The notes under the pieces: model-generated | What the model was told of the DNA's origin: nothing | The model's input: only the letters and a program-made list of their open reading frames with translations | Databases searched by the model: none | Program-made: the position numbers and the translations under genes | NCBI GenBank assembly: GCA_016650365.1 | Contig: JAENVV010000042.1 | Span: 1 to 59,896 of the forward strand | Length of the DNA: 59,896 bases | Source: Acidimicrobiia bacterium | GTDB lineage: Bacteria > Actinomycetota > Acidimicrobiia > Spongiisociales > JAENVV01 | Direction: 5' to 3' | Part shown: one piece after another, positions 42,403-52,177 of the stretch | How positions within the stretch are numbered: position 1 is the stretch's first letter | Layout: each line of letters opens with the position of its first letter

Positions 42403-43857
42403 CTAGATCCCGCCCATGGCGAGGTACTTGGTCTCCAGGAACTCCTCGAGGCCTTCGTGGCCACCCTCCCGGCCGATGCCGGATTCTTTGACACCGCCGA
42501 AGGGGGCGACCTCGGTCATCAGCAGACCGGAGTTGATGCCGACCATGCCGTAATCGAGTCCTTCTCCCACCCGCCAGACACGCCCGACGTCGCGAGCAAA
42601 GAAGTAGGCAGCCAGGCCATACGGCGTGTCGTTGGCGGCCGCGATGACTTCTTCTTCGGTTGAGAATCGAAAGATCGAGGCGACCGGCCCAAATACCTCT
42701 TCGTTGGCGATCGCCATCGAACCGGTCACGCCGGTCAACACCGTTGGTTCGTAGAACGTATGTCCGAGCGGATGGGGTTTGCCCCCGATCCGGGCTTGCG
42801 CCCCACCAGCAACGGCTGCATCGACCAGGCGAATCACCTTGTCGAAAGCTTCCCGGTTGATCAGCGGGCCGACATCCGAGCCGGCTGATCCGCCGGCGCC
42901 AACCCTGAGCTGGCTGGCGGCCGCGGTGAATCGATCAACGAACTCGTCGTACACGGCGTCCTGGACGAACACCCGATTGGAACAAATACACGTCTGTCCA
43001 CCGTTGCGATACTTGGCGATGATCGCCTGGGAAACGGCCTGATCGAGATCGGCGTCATCGAAGATGATGAATGGGGCATTGCCTCCCAATTCCAGACTCA
43101 CCTTCTTGACGGTGTCGGAGCTCTGACGCATCAACAGCTTGCCGACTTCGGTACTCCCGGTAAACGACACCGCCCGCACGATCGGGTTGCGAGTCAGTTC
43201 GGCGCCTATCGGAGCAGGATCCAACCCGGTCACGACGTTGAAGACTCCTGGCGGGATACCGGCGCGATCGGCCAGTTCGGCCAACGCCAAAGCAGAAAGC
43301 GGGGTGTCTTCGGCTGGCTTGGCAACCACCGTACATCCGGCAGCCATGGCCGGGACCGCCTTGCGGGCAATGGTTGACGAAGGGAAGTTCCACGGCGTGA
43401 TCGCCGCCACTACGCCAATCGGCTCCTTGACGACAATAAGTCGCAACTTGGGATCGTGGGTCGGGATCACTTGACCGTAGGCACGCTTGGCTTCTTCGGC
43501 GAACCACTCGACGTAGTTCGCTCCGAAGATGATTTCCCCCCGGCCCTCGTTCAGCGGCTTGCCCATTTCGGCGGTGACGATCGCCCCCAGATCGTCAGCG
43601 TGCTCGACCATCAACTCGTACCACCGGCGAATGAGAGCTGATCGTTGTTTGGCGGTCAGCGCCTTCCACGCCGGGAACGCTTCATTGGCCGCTTCGATGG
43701 CACGTCGCGTCTCGGCTTGACCCAGGTCGGCTACTTCGGCGAGGACGGCTCCGTCGGCCGGGTCGAGCACCTGAAACCTTGCTCGCGAGTCTGCCTCTAC
43801 CCACTCACCACCGATGTAGGCGTCGGTTCGCAACAAACGCTGGTCGGTAAGGTTCAT
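42403..43857 (-). CDS. NAD(P)-dependent aldehyde dehydrogenase (succinate-semialdehyde / sulfolactaldehyde dehydrogenase-like)
   Basis: 'FTGSTEVGK', 'ELGGNAP' and 'GQTCICSNR' catalytic motifs. Confidence 0.9.
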   Translation of the reverse strand: MNLTDQRLLRTDAYIGGEWVEADSRARFQVLDPADGAVLAEVADLGQAETRRAIEAANEAFPAWKALTAKQRSALIRRWYELMVEHADDLGAIVTAEMGKPLNEGRGEIIFGANYVEWFAEEAKRAYGQVIPTHDPKLRLIVVKEPIGVVAAITPWNFPSSTIARKAVPAMAAGCTVVAKPAEDTPLSALALAELADRAGIPPGVFNVVTGLDPAPIGAELTRNPIVRAVSFTGSTEVGKLLMRQSSDTVKKVSLELGGNAPFIIFDDADLDQAVSQAIIAKYRNGGQTCICSNRVFVQDAVYDEFVDRFTAAASQLRVGAGGSAGSDVGPLINREAFDKVIRLVDAAVAGGAQARIGGKPHPLGHTFYEPTVLTGVTGSMAIANEEVFGPVASIFRFSTEEEVIAAANDTPYGLAAYFFARDVGRVWRVGEGLDYGMVGINSGLLMTEVAPFGGVKESGIGREGGHEGLEEFLETKYLAMGGI

Positions 43858-44708
43858 GTTGCCTCTCCCGTCGGTCCGGTTTCAAGGGCTTTGATGAGGG
43901 CTGCCAGATCCGCTTCTCCGTACCCGAGTTCGCCGGCTTCCTCAAGAATCTGGCGGGTGAGCGAACCGACCCTGGCGGCCGGAAGAGCCTCCGCCGCCAG
44001 GCCCAGATCTTTTCTCATCAGGTTGACGGTGAACGTGGGCGTAAAGTCACGATCCACGAGAGGCGCTGCCTTGTACTCCAGTAGCTTCGCGACCGCACCT
44101 GATCGAATCATTTCAATACCTTGCCACACGTCAAGGCCGACCGCTTCGAGGTCGAGAACCGCCTCTGCCATCGCCGTCAAGTGCGAGGTGAGAAGGCGAT
44201 TCGTGATGAGCTTGAGCAACAGACCGGAACCGTTTGGACCGACGTGTTCCACCCGGGATGCGAAAGTCTCGAGAGCAGGTCTGGCTACTGCGAGTGCGTC
44301 GTCTTCTCCACCAACCATCACAACGAGAGTGCCCGCATCGGCGTGGATCGACGTGCCACTCACCGGGGTATCGAGGAAACGGATCCCGTGGTCCGCTGCC
44401 AGTGCGGCGAGGTTCCTGGACGCCTCGACCCCAATCGTTGATAAATCCGCGCACACGGTGCCTTCCTTCACGAGCTTGAATACCTGGCCATAAACCGCCT
44501 CGACCTGGGGCGTGGCAGGAAGCGATGAGCAGACCAACTCCACGTCCTTTACACCAGCTAGACCGTCAGCGATGACCATGCCGGCGGCAGCAGCTTTCTG
44601 GAGGGCCACCGGCGACTCGTCGAAACCGACGACGTCATGACCTGCTTCCTGCATGTGGCGGGCCATCGGAAATCCCATCCGGCCCAAACCAACCATCGCA
44701 ACTTTCAT
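43854..44708 (-). CDS. Beta-hydroxyacid dehydrogenase (3-hydroxyisobutyrate/tartronate-semialdehyde/sulfolactaldehyde reductase family)
   Basis: 'MKVAMVGLGRMGFPMARHM' Rossmann motif and 'LDTPVSG'. Start at the internal ATG 44708 overlapping the upstream stop (ATGA). Confidence 0.85.
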   Translation of the reverse strand: MKVAMVGLGRMGFPMARHMQEAGHDVVGFDESPVALQKAAAAGMVIADGLAGVKDVELVCSSLPATPQVEAVYGQVFKLVKEGTVCADLSTIGVEASRNLAALAADHGIRFLDTPVSGTSIHADAGTLVVMVGGEDDALAVARPALETFASRVEHVGPNGSGLLLKLITNRLLTSHLTAMAEAVLDLEAVGLDVWQGIEMIRSGAVAKLLEYKAAPLVDRDFTPTFTVNLMRKDLGLAAEALPAARVGSLTRQILEEAGELGYGEADLAALIKALETGPTGEAT

Positions 44709-45778
44709 TTCGCCTCCCATGTGATTGTGTCTCCTGTCCGGGCCGCCGCGTCGATCGCCAACGTTATCTGGAGGGTCTGCCGGGCCTCTCGGGCGGTGGT
44801 GAGATGGCACGGCTTATCGGTGGTCAGAAAATCGAGCCATGCACGGGTTTCATCTGCCACCCGTCCGAACATGGTGTCGCCCACCCACTCCCCCGAGGTG
44901 CGACTTCCGAGGAACGTCAGCCTGAGATGTTGATCGACATACTCGTTGTCGTGGCCGACCTCGCTGTACATGATCTGGTCACCGTGATCCTCGGTCACCA
45001 TGAGGACCCCGTCGGTCCCGAGCAACTCGAATCGGGTAGCCATTCCGTTGATCGGATAGCCGGCCGGCAGCGAATAGCTGGTGGCCAACTCGAACACGGC
45101 CCCATCGGCAAACGTCAACAAAGCGACGGTGAGATCATCTACGTCGTGGCCTTTGGCCCGCAGAATGGACCCGTGGGAGCGAGCCACCACTTCCACCGGT
45201 GCAAACGGGTGATACCAGCCGATGATATCGACGAGGTAGGTGAGGATGTCCATCACCGGGGTGGCCGTCGGCGACCGTTTCAGGATCGCTTCGCCGATCG
45301 CCAGCGTGTCATAGGTTCGTGCCAGACCACCAATCAATGTTCCGATCCTGCCCGCGGCGATCTGTTGGCGGGCAACCGCGTAGCGCTGCGCATATCGCAT
45401 CGAGTAACCGACCCGAAGATCCACCCCGAGTTGATCGGCAAGTCGCGTCAAGTGGTCCGCTTCATCGAGGTTCAGGGTGATCGGTTTTTCGACCATGGTG
45501 GATCTACCGGCCCGCAATGCCGCCTCGACGGGGGCCATGTGGGCGCCTTCGGGGGTAGCCACGACGACTGCGTCCACCTCGTCGAGCAGAACGGTGGCGT
45601 CGGTGTCAGTTGACCAAACATCGGCTCCTGTCTCGGCAGCCAACTTCTCGGCAGCTGCGGCATCCTGGTCGACAATGGCCAAGAACCCGACACCGGCATG
45701 GGCCGATGCCAGCCGGGCGCGATGGCGGCCGATCTTGCCGGCACCCACGATCGCCAGACCAACCGATCGACGGTTCAT
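44705..45778 (-). CDS. Gfo/Idh/MocA family oxidoreductase
   Basis: 'GLAIVGAGKIGRHRA' N-terminal Rossmann fold and 'MVEKPI' motif. Confidence 0.85.
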   Translation of the reverse strand: MNRRSVGLAIVGAGKIGRHRARLASAHAGVGFLAIVDQDAAAAEKLAAETGADVWSTDTDATVLLDEVDAVVVATPEGAHMAPVEAALRAGRSTMVEKPITLNLDEADHLTRLADQLGVDLRVGYSMRYAQRYAVARQQIAAGRIGTLIGGLARTYDTLAIGEAILKRSPTATPVMDILTYLVDIIGWYHPFAPVEVVARSHGSILRAKGHDVDDLTVALLTFADGAVFELATSYSLPAGYPINGMATRFELLGTDGVLMVTEDHGDQIMYSEVGHDNEYVDQHLRLTFLGSRTSGEWVGDTMFGRVADETRAWLDFLTTDKPCHLTTAREARQTLQITLAIDAAARTGDTITWEAK

Positions 45779-45827
45779 CGGGTTGTCTCGTCTTTTTGCA
45801 AGGTCGACCTCCGGGTTCTACATCATA

Positions 45828-45833
45828 TATGAT
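45828..45833 (+). promoter_or_regulatory. TATGAT -10-like hexamer inside the shared 11-mer ATATATGATCT
   Basis: AT-rich word 18 nt upstream of the thiolase ATG. The same 11-mer occurs at 55276-55286. Confidence 0.3.
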
Positions 45834-45850
45834 CTGCTCCTGGAGGGTTC

Positions 45851-47059
45851 ATGACAGACATTTATGTTGTTGATGCGGTCCGTACCCCGATGGGTCGCAT
45901 CGGGGGTCAGTTGGCTCACATCCGACCAGACGACCTGGCGGCTCACGCCATCCGGGCGCTCGTCGCTCGCCAGAGCGACCTGGATCCGGCTGGGATCGAA
46001 GACGTGGTCTGGGGAGCCGCCAATCAGTCCGGCGAGGACAACCGCAACATCGGACGCATGGCTGCCCTGCTGGCCGGTTTGCCGATCGAAGTCACCGGGA
46101 TGACCGTGAACCGGTTGTGCGGGTCAGGGCTCCAGGCGGTCATTTCCGCCGCCCATTCCCTGGCCGAAGGCTGGGGCGACATCATGGTGGCCGGCGGATC
46201 CGAATCGATGAGCCGAGCACCGTACGTCACGCTCAAGGCTGCCACGGCGTTCCCCGTTGGCCCACCCCAGGTCGCCGACACCGTACTCGGATGGAGGCTG
46301 ATCAACCCGCAAATGCAGCAGGACTATCCACCAATCAGCCTCGGTCTTACCGCCGAACGGGTAGCCGAAAAGTACGCGGTCAGCCGTGAGCGGCAAGACG
46401 CGTTCGCACTTCGATCACATTTGTTGGCTTCCGCAGCCCAGCAGGCCGGTCGCTTCACGAGCGAGATCTCGCCTATCGAGGCACCCCAGGATGCCAGAGG
46501 CCGTACGGTAACCACCGTCGATACCGACGAGGGTGTTCGTCCCAACTCAACCGTTGAGATGCTTTCCAAGCTCCCGTCGGTGTTCACCGAAGCCGGGACC
46601 GTGACAGCCGGAAACTCATCTCCTATGAACGATGGAGCCGCCGCCGTGCTGCTTGCCAGCACGGCCGGGCTCGAGCGATATGGCCTGAGGCCGATGGCGC
46701 GAATAGTCGCCAGCGGCGCGGCGGGAGTTCACCCCGACTACATGGGGATCGGCCCGGTGCCGGCAACCCGCAAAGCCCTGTCTCGGGCCGGGTTATCCAT
46801 TCAAGATCTTGATCTGGTTGAGCTGAACGAAGCATTCGCCGCCCAGGCTCTGGCGTCTCGCGACGAACTCGGCATCGATCCGGAAATCGTCAATGTCAAC
46901 GGTGGAGCCATCGCCATAGGGCATCCCTTGGGAGCCTCCGGCGCCCGGATACTCACCACTCTGGTGCACGAACTGCACCGGCGGGGTGACCGATACGGAT
47001 TGGCCACGATGTGCATTGGCGTTGGACAAGGCATTTCGATGATCGTGGAGCGGGTATGA
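45851..47059 (+). CDS. Acetyl-CoA C-acetyltransferase (thiolase)
   Basis: '[12 protein letters not shown]' active-site Cys, 'NEAFAAQ', '[17 protein letters not shown]' and 'MCIGVGQG'. Confidence 0.92.
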   Translation: MTDIYVVDAVRTPMGRIGGQLAHIRPDDLAAHAIRALVARQSDLDPAGIEDVVWGAANQSGEDNRNIGRMAALLAGLPIEVTGMTVNRLCGSGLQAVISAAHSLAEGWGDIMVAGGSESMSRAPYVTLKAATAFPVGPPQVADTVLGWRLINPQMQQDYPPISLGLTAERVAEKYAVSRERQDAFALRSHLLASAAQQAGRFTSEISPIEAPQDARGRTVTTVDTDEGVRPNSTVEMLSKLPSVFTEAGTVTAGNSSPMNDGAAAVLLASTAGLERYGLRPMARIVASGAAGVHPDYMGIGPVPATRKALSRAGLSIQDLDLVELNEAFAAQALASRDELGIDPEIVNVNGGAIAIGHPLGASGARILTTLVHELHRRGDRYGLATMCIGVGQGISMIVERV

Positions 47060-48231
47060 GTCAACCGTTGGAAGGCATCAAGGTTGTGGAATTCGGCAAC
47101 CTGATTGCCGGCCCATACTGCGCGATGTTGCTGGCTGATCTCGGAGCGGACGTGACCAAGGTCGAGCCGTCTTCGGGCGACCTGGCCAGGGCATTCGGCC
47201 CATACGTCGATGGCGTCAGCTACTACTTCGCGGCCGTCAACCGCGGAAAGAAGAGCGCAGTCATCAACCCCCGCGCCGATGCATCGAAGAAATGGGTTCG
47301 CAAGCTTTGCTTGGATGCCGATGTGATCGTCCACAACCTTCGTCATGGCGCCATGCAACGCGCCGGTCTGGGCTACGAGGATCTCGCCGACGAGAACCCC
47401 GGGCTCGTATATGCGGAGATTTCGGCTTTCGGGTCGTCCGGTCCCGACGCCGAGCGCGCCGGGATCGACATCATCTTCCAGGGCGAATCGGGGATGATGA
47501 GCATCACGGGTGAAGAGGGAGGCCCACCGGCCAAAACGGCGACGACGGTCGGGGACTACCTGGCAGGAACGAATGCGGCGATGGCCGTATCGGCTGCCCT
47601 GGTCGGCCGGGCCAGGACTGGAAAGGGTCGCAAGATCGAAGTTTCCCTGAGAGACGGACTCATTGCCATCCAGTCGACCTGGAACGCCATGTATTTTGCC
47701 TCAGGAGGCCAGCCCGGACGGGTCGGCACCGCATCCTGGTTCACGGCACCGACCGAAACCTTCCCGACCGCCGACGGCTACTTCAACCTGGCGATCGTCA
47801 GCGATGGGCACTTCAAGATCCTCTGCGACGACCTCGGCCTGGACATAGTCGCCGATCCCCGCTTCGCCACCAACGAAGCTCGAGTCGAACATCGCACCGA
47901 ACTCAACGAGTTGGTCAAGCCGATCTTCGCCTCCGACAGCACGGACGCCTGGATGGACAGACTGCTCGGCCTTGGCCTGCCAGTCGGGAGGCTGATGACA
48001 TTCGGCGAGGTGTTCGACGACCCTCAAGTCCAACACAACCGGATGAGGGTCGAGTTGCCCGATGGGGCGGCAGTTACCGGCTCCCCTGTGAGGATGACCG
48101 GAGAACCCTCGCTGGCACCATCGGCCGCGCCACGTCTGGGAGCAGACACCGACTCCGTCCTGCGCAGTTTGGGAGCCACCGATGAGGAGATTGCCCAGCT
48201 CAAGGCTGCCCACCTGATCAGACGCTTGTAG
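47056..48231 (+). CDS. Family III CoA-transferase (CaiB/BaiF)
   Basis: '[31 protein letters not shown]' N-terminus. ATGA overlap with the thiolase stop. Confidence 0.9.
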   Translation: MSQPLEGIKVVEFGNLIAGPYCAMLLADLGADVTKVEPSSGDLARAFGPYVDGVSYYFAAVNRGKKSAVINPRADASKKWVRKLCLDADVIVHNLRHGAMQRAGLGYEDLADENPGLVYAEISAFGSSGPDAERAGIDIIFQGESGMMSITGEEGGPPAKTATTVGDYLAGTNAAMAVSAALVGRARTGKGRKIEVSLRDGLIAIQSTWNAMYFASGGQPGRVGTASWFTAPTETFPTADGYFNLAIVSDGHFKILCDDLGLDIVADPRFATNEARVEHRTELNELVKPIFASDSTDAWMDRLLGLGLPVGRLMTFGEVFDDPQVQHNRMRVELPDGAAVTGSPVRMTGEPSLAPSAAPRLGADTDSVLRSLGATDEEIAQLKAAHLIRRL

Positions 48232-48264
48232 GAACGCACACCCGGTAAGGGACGTTACAGCGGT

Positions 48265-48651
48265 ATGGCAGCAGTCCATCAAGCAACAAGACTTCTTGCA
48301 GTCGCCCTAGCTGTGGCCGCGTGCAGTGGACCGACCTTTACCGGCCCAGGTGGGTGCGTCGACGTCTGGAATGAAGCCGTGACAAGCGGCTCCTTCATCG
48401 GACCGCCGGAAGGAGCAGAGGCGACGATGACCTACCGACGTTATTGGGAAGGGGATACCCCGATGTGCTGGCTCGGCATTAGTACGTCAGAGGCCTGCCA
48501 AACGTTCTCATTCGATATCGAAGGTACCTGGGGACCAGCTGAGTGGGTTGAAAGTGAGGTAATTCCAGGTGACTGCATCTCCGAGAACCCGCCAGATCGT
48601 TACGTCGCGAATCTCCTGGTGACCGCAAAGGGCACATTGATCGAGAGTTAG
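48265..48651 (+). CDS. Small lipoprotein, function unknown
   Basis: 'LLAVALAVAACSG' lipobox. Confidence 0.5.
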   Translation: MAAVHQATRLLAVALAVAACSGPTFTGPGGCVDVWNEAVTSGSFIGPPEGAEATMTYRRYWEGDTPMCWLGISTSEACQTFSFDIEGTWGPAEWVESEVIPGDCISENPPDRYVANLLVTAKGTLIES

Positions 48652-48660
48652 GCGATGAAG

Positions 48661-49731
48661 CTAGTGAGCGCGCGAAACGTGGCTCTGGAGGATATCCTCG
48701 CCGAAGTCGCCCCGGGGGTTTCGCCAGACGGCATGGATGTGGGTGGCGTTGTCCTGGACGCAGTCGTACTCAACCAGAAAATCGGGACTGTGGATGCGGT
48801 AATAGTGCGGTTGATGGCGTTCGGCCGGCCCTGCCCAAGCGAAGTGCAGGCCAGCCCAATCGTTGGCTCCGAGACGAGTCTTCTCTCGATCAGCCAGATC
48901 CTCAGGGAGCCGGTCGAGATAAACCGCAATGAGATCGTGCAGGTAGCCGACCTGATCTTTAGTCATGGCATCAGCTCTCAGGCCGGACGGCTCGGCGGCG
49001 ACCAACCGCAAGTTGCTTTTCTGCTCGGCGGTCATGGCCTCATGGACTTCCTGAAACATGGTCAAGGCGGCCGGCGGGTTCCCCGGTTCGCTGACCTCCG
49101 GTACGAACGAGACGTTGGGAACGATGGTGTCAATCGGAGCTGTGGCGTCGAGGAGCGCCACTGCCTGTTGATCGGCATCCAATGACGAAAAGAGGGCCCG
49201 CCCGGCGTCCTCTTCCTGACCGCAGGGCCTGATGATGGGATGGGCGGACGGGCCGATCCCGGCCGGACTCGCCCCCATGAACAACGGCGTACTCGACAAA
49301 ACCTCGCCGTCGCGAATCGTGTAGTTGACGGACACGTGGTGTCCTTCGTAGCGCCACCCCCACAGCCCGGTCGGACCTGGTTCGCCGTAGATAGTTATCC
49401 AGTACCGCAGCGGGTCACGCCAATGGGTGCGAACGTAGTTCTCGCGTTCGTCTAGAACCAGGTCGAGGGACATGATGGTCGCCACCCGGTGATAGGCCTC
49501 GGCACGTAAACCGGTCCGGGCCAGCTTCAGGGCCAGTTTTCGCTGGACCGGGGTCATGGCATACAGAGGTACGCCAAGATAGGTGCCGTTGGCCATCTCT
49601 CTCGGGAAGAACGCCCAGTCGATGCGACCTGGATCATCAAACCCGAACGTAGCCTGGGCATCGGCCGGCAGCGACTCAAGGAAATCTATGGCCGCTTCGG
49701 CCATCCGGGTCGGGCTAGGGCTGGTCGACAT
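48661..49731 (-). CDS. DUF3500 family protein
   Basis: 'WGWRYEGHHVSVNYT' and 'IDWAFFPRE' resemble the DUF3500 signature. Start at 49731, or alternatively 49704. Confidence 0.65.
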   Translation of the reverse strand: MSTSPSPTRMAEAAIDFLESLPADAQATFGFDDPGRIDWAFFPREMANGTYLGVPLYAMTPVQRKLALKLARTGLRAEAYHRVATIMSLDLVLDERENYVRTHWRDPLRYWITIYGEPGPTGLWGWRYEGHHVSVNYTIRDGEVLSSTPLFMGASPAGIGPSAHPIIRPCGQEEDAGRALFSSLDADQQAVALLDATAPIDTIVPNVSFVPEVSEPGNPPAALTMFQEVHEAMTAEQKSNLRLVAAEPSGLRADAMTKDQVGYLHDLIAVYLDRLPEDLADREKTRLGANDWAGLHFAWAGPAERHQPHYYRIHSPDFLVEYDCVQDNATHIHAVWRNPRGDFGEDILQSHVSRAH

Positions 49732-50788
49732 CGATCCCCAATCCGGGGGCAGTTGGCACGGCAATCACACCGTTCTCGATTGCCAGTGGGTGGGAGGTAA
49801 CGTCGGAACTGATCCCCTGATTGCCTGGGCTACAACCGAAATCCACTGCCTTCATGGCCGCTGCGCAGTGAATATTGGCAGCGGCCGCCACGCTCGATTC
49901 GGCGATCTTGCCTGCCAGGTTTACCGAAAGCCCGAGCGATTCGCAGAGCGCCGCACCGCGCATCACTCCGGTGATGCCACCCAGTTTGACAAGTTTGAGG
50001 CTCACACCTGCCACACCGGTCCGTCCGAACGACATCACGTCGTTGAGCGAATGAACGCTCTGGTCGGCGCAGATCGGGATGGGCGATCGTTGGGCGATTC
50101 GCACCATGGCGGCGTGATCACCCTGGGGAATGGGCTGTTCGATGAACCGGACGTCGAGACCCGACAGGCCGTTCAGAAAACGCATGGCGGTCGGTTCGTC
50201 CCATCCCTGATTGGCGTCGCCACTCACGATCGCCTCCGGTGGCAGCTCACTGCGGACCCCTTGAACCGTTTTCAATTCGTCGTTGACCTCACCGATGCCA
50301 AGCTTCACCTTGAACCAGCGATAACCAGCCTCATACTTGGTGACGGCCGCCTGAATGTCGACATCCGGCACACCACTGCCGACCATCGTCAGCACAGGAA
50401 CTTCGTCGCGCACCCGTCCCCCCAACAATTCGACGACCGGGACACCAAACTCTTTGCCGGCAATGTCGTACAAGGCCATATCGATGGCCCCGATGGCAGT
50501 TTCGTTGGCGTGCATCATTTTCTTCATGGCCCACCACAGCGTGGTCCGGCGAAGGGGGTCGGCACCGACGATCTGCGGGCCGAGAAACTCGAGGGCGGCC
50601 TTGATGCTCTCCTGGGTGTCTCCCGTCAGATCGGTGGCCTCGACTCCTTCGCCCCATCCAACTATCCCGGTGTCGGTGGTCACCTTGGCAAGAACGTTGT
50701 TGGACTGGGTAATGGTGATGTGCGACATCACGATCGGTTTGGTGAGCGGGACCGCAATGGGGATGGCTTCGACGCTGACAATCTTCAT
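49715..50788 (-). CDS. Enolase-superfamily enzyme (mandelate racemase/muconate lactonizing enzyme family)
   Basis: 'MKIVSVEAIPIAVPL...GWGE', 'AIDMALYDIAGK', 'KVKLG', 'DANQGW', 'IEQP' and 'ADQS' motifs in order. GGAGGG RBS. Confidence 0.85.
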   Translation of the reverse strand: MKIVSVEAIPIAVPLTKPIVMSHITITQSNNVLAKVTTDTGIVGWGEGVEATDLTGDTQESIKAALEFLGPQIVGADPLRRTTLWWAMKKMMHANETAIGAIDMALYDIAGKEFGVPVVELLGGRVRDEVPVLTMVGSGVPDVDIQAAVTKYEAGYRWFKVKLGIGEVNDELKTVQGVRSELPPEAIVSGDANQGWDEPTAMRFLNGLSGLDVRFIEQPIPQGDHAAMVRIAQRSPIPICADQSVHSLNDVMSFGRTGVAGVSLKLVKLGGITGVMRGAALCESLGLSVNLAGKIAESSVAAAANIHCAAAMKAVDFGCSPGNQGISSDVTSHPLAIENGVIAVPTAPGLGIDVDQP

Positions 50789-50821
50789 AAACCCTCCATA
50801 CGAGCACCAAACGGTTTTTGC

Positions 50822-50827
50822 ATTATA
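50822..50827 (-). promoter_or_regulatory. TATAAT -10 hexamer for the enolase-superfamily operon
   Basis: The minus strand reads CTATATAATGCAAAAAC, about 34 nt upstream of the ATG at 50788. Confidence 0.35.
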
Positions 50828-50863
50828 TAGGATTCGAGTCGACCGCTTCGGGGAAAGGTTCAC

Positions 50864-51751
50864 ATGACGATTCGAGTAGGTGGCTACGCGCCCCAGGGAA
50901 GTGCCCACAGCCGGGCTCTTGACCATTTTGTGGACGCCCTGGCAGCCGTTACCGATCATCCGGCCGAAGTCATGTATAACGTCATGGACGATGGTCGACC
51001 CGCCACCGACTTGTTCGACATGGTGGCGAATGGCGAACTGACCTTGTGCTATTTCTCGACCTCATACCTCGGCAAACAAGTTCCCGCCCTCAACGCGCTG
51101 GAGGTCCCATTCCTCTTCGCAGACCTCGAACAGGCCCATACCGCACTCGACGGCGACTTCGGCGCAGCGCTGACCACCGCCACCGAAGCGGCCACTCCAT
51201 TCGAAGTACTCGGCTACTGGGACAACGGGTTCCGACACTTCACGAACCGACTGCGCGAGGTGCGCTCCCCCGCCGACGTTGCCGGCATGCGGGTCCGCCT
51301 CCAACCGAACGCCGTCCACGAGGCGCTCATCCGGTCCTGGGGTGGAGAACCCGTGCCCGCCGAGTTGAGCGATGGTATCGCCATGATCGCCTCGGGGCAG
51401 GTTGACGCTCAGGAGAACCCCCTCGCCAACTCGGCCGCCTATGGCGTCGATCACCAGCACATCACGATGACGGGACACCTCTATGGCGCCCGCGGCCTCT
51501 ATGCCAATCGGTCCCAGATGTCGACCCTCGGATCAGACGTAGCAACCGCGGTCCGCTCCGCCGCCAGGGCGGCGATCATTTTCCAACGACGAGCCGCCGC
51601 CGACTATGAAGCTGAATTGCGAACCCGATTTGAAGGGGAAGGTCGAGTGGTCATCGATCTTGACCCGACCGACCGACAGGCCTTCGCAGACGCGGCATCC
51701 GATGTGATCGCCGCAGCCAGAGCGGGCCAACCGGCCCTGAATTTCTTGTAA
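50864..51751 (+). CDS. TRAP-type DctP-like solute-binding protein lacking a signal peptide
   Basis: 'ALEVPFLFADLEQAHTALDG', 'GYWDNGFRHFTN' and 'GQVDAQENPL' are DctP-family motifs. The sequence starts directly with the mature-domain strand 'IRVGGYAP'. Confidence 0.7.
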   Translation: MTIRVGGYAPQGSAHSRALDHFVDALAAVTDHPAEVMYNVMDDGRPATDLFDMVANGELTLCYFSTSYLGKQVPALNALEVPFLFADLEQAHTALDGDFGAALTTATEAATPFEVLGYWDNGFRHFTNRLREVRSPADVAGMRVRLQPNAVHEALIRSWGGEPVPAELSDGIAMIASGQVDAQENPLANSAAYGVDHQHITMTGHLYGARGLYANRSQMSTLGSDVATAVRSAARAAIIFQRRAAADYEAELRTRFEGEGRVVIDLDPTDRQAFADAASDVIAAARAGQPALNFL

Positions 51752-51766
51752 ACAGAGGAGAGGAAT

Positions 51767-52177
51767 ATGGGACAATTGATCAAGTTCGCGGATGCCGACG
51801 TCGTCGAACGAGGCAACGGAATCCAGAGCATCCGGCTGACCGACCCACCGGTGGACGGCCAATGCTTCGTCATGGGTATCACGATGTTCCCGCCGGGTGG
51901 TGAACTCCCCCTCCATACCCACAACACCATCGAGCAAGTCACGGTGCTTGAAGGATCGGGGATCGCCGAGATTGACGGTGTTCAACAGGAGGCCGTTCCC
52001 TACGACACCACCATGATCGAACCCGGCTCGGTACATCGGTTCATCAACACCGGTGACACGCCCATGAAAATCCTCTGGGTGTACGGCAACACGTACGTGA
52101 CGAGAACCTTCGCCGAAACGGGCGAGACGGTCGAACAGTTCGGGCGGCCCGGCCACGACGACCACGTCCATGAGTAG
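51767..52177 (+). CDS. Cupin domain protein
   Basis: 'GGELPLHTHNTIEQVTVLEGSG...GSVHRFINTG' two-motif cupin pattern. Confidence 0.7.
   Translation: MGQLIKFADADVVERGNGIQSIRLTDPPVDGQCFVMGITMFPPGGELPLHTHNTIEQVTVLEGSGIAEIDGVQQEAVPYDTTMIEPGSVHRFINTGDTPMKILWVYGNTYVTRTFAETGETVEQFGRPGHDDHVHE

Noticed and set aside
49583-50830. 415-aa plus-strand ORF
   Set aside because: It lies entirely antisense to the enolase-superfamily gene, which has ordered catalytic motifs. The translation is Gly/Arg/His/Asp-rich with no motif. Long antisense ORFs are expected in high-GC DNA.
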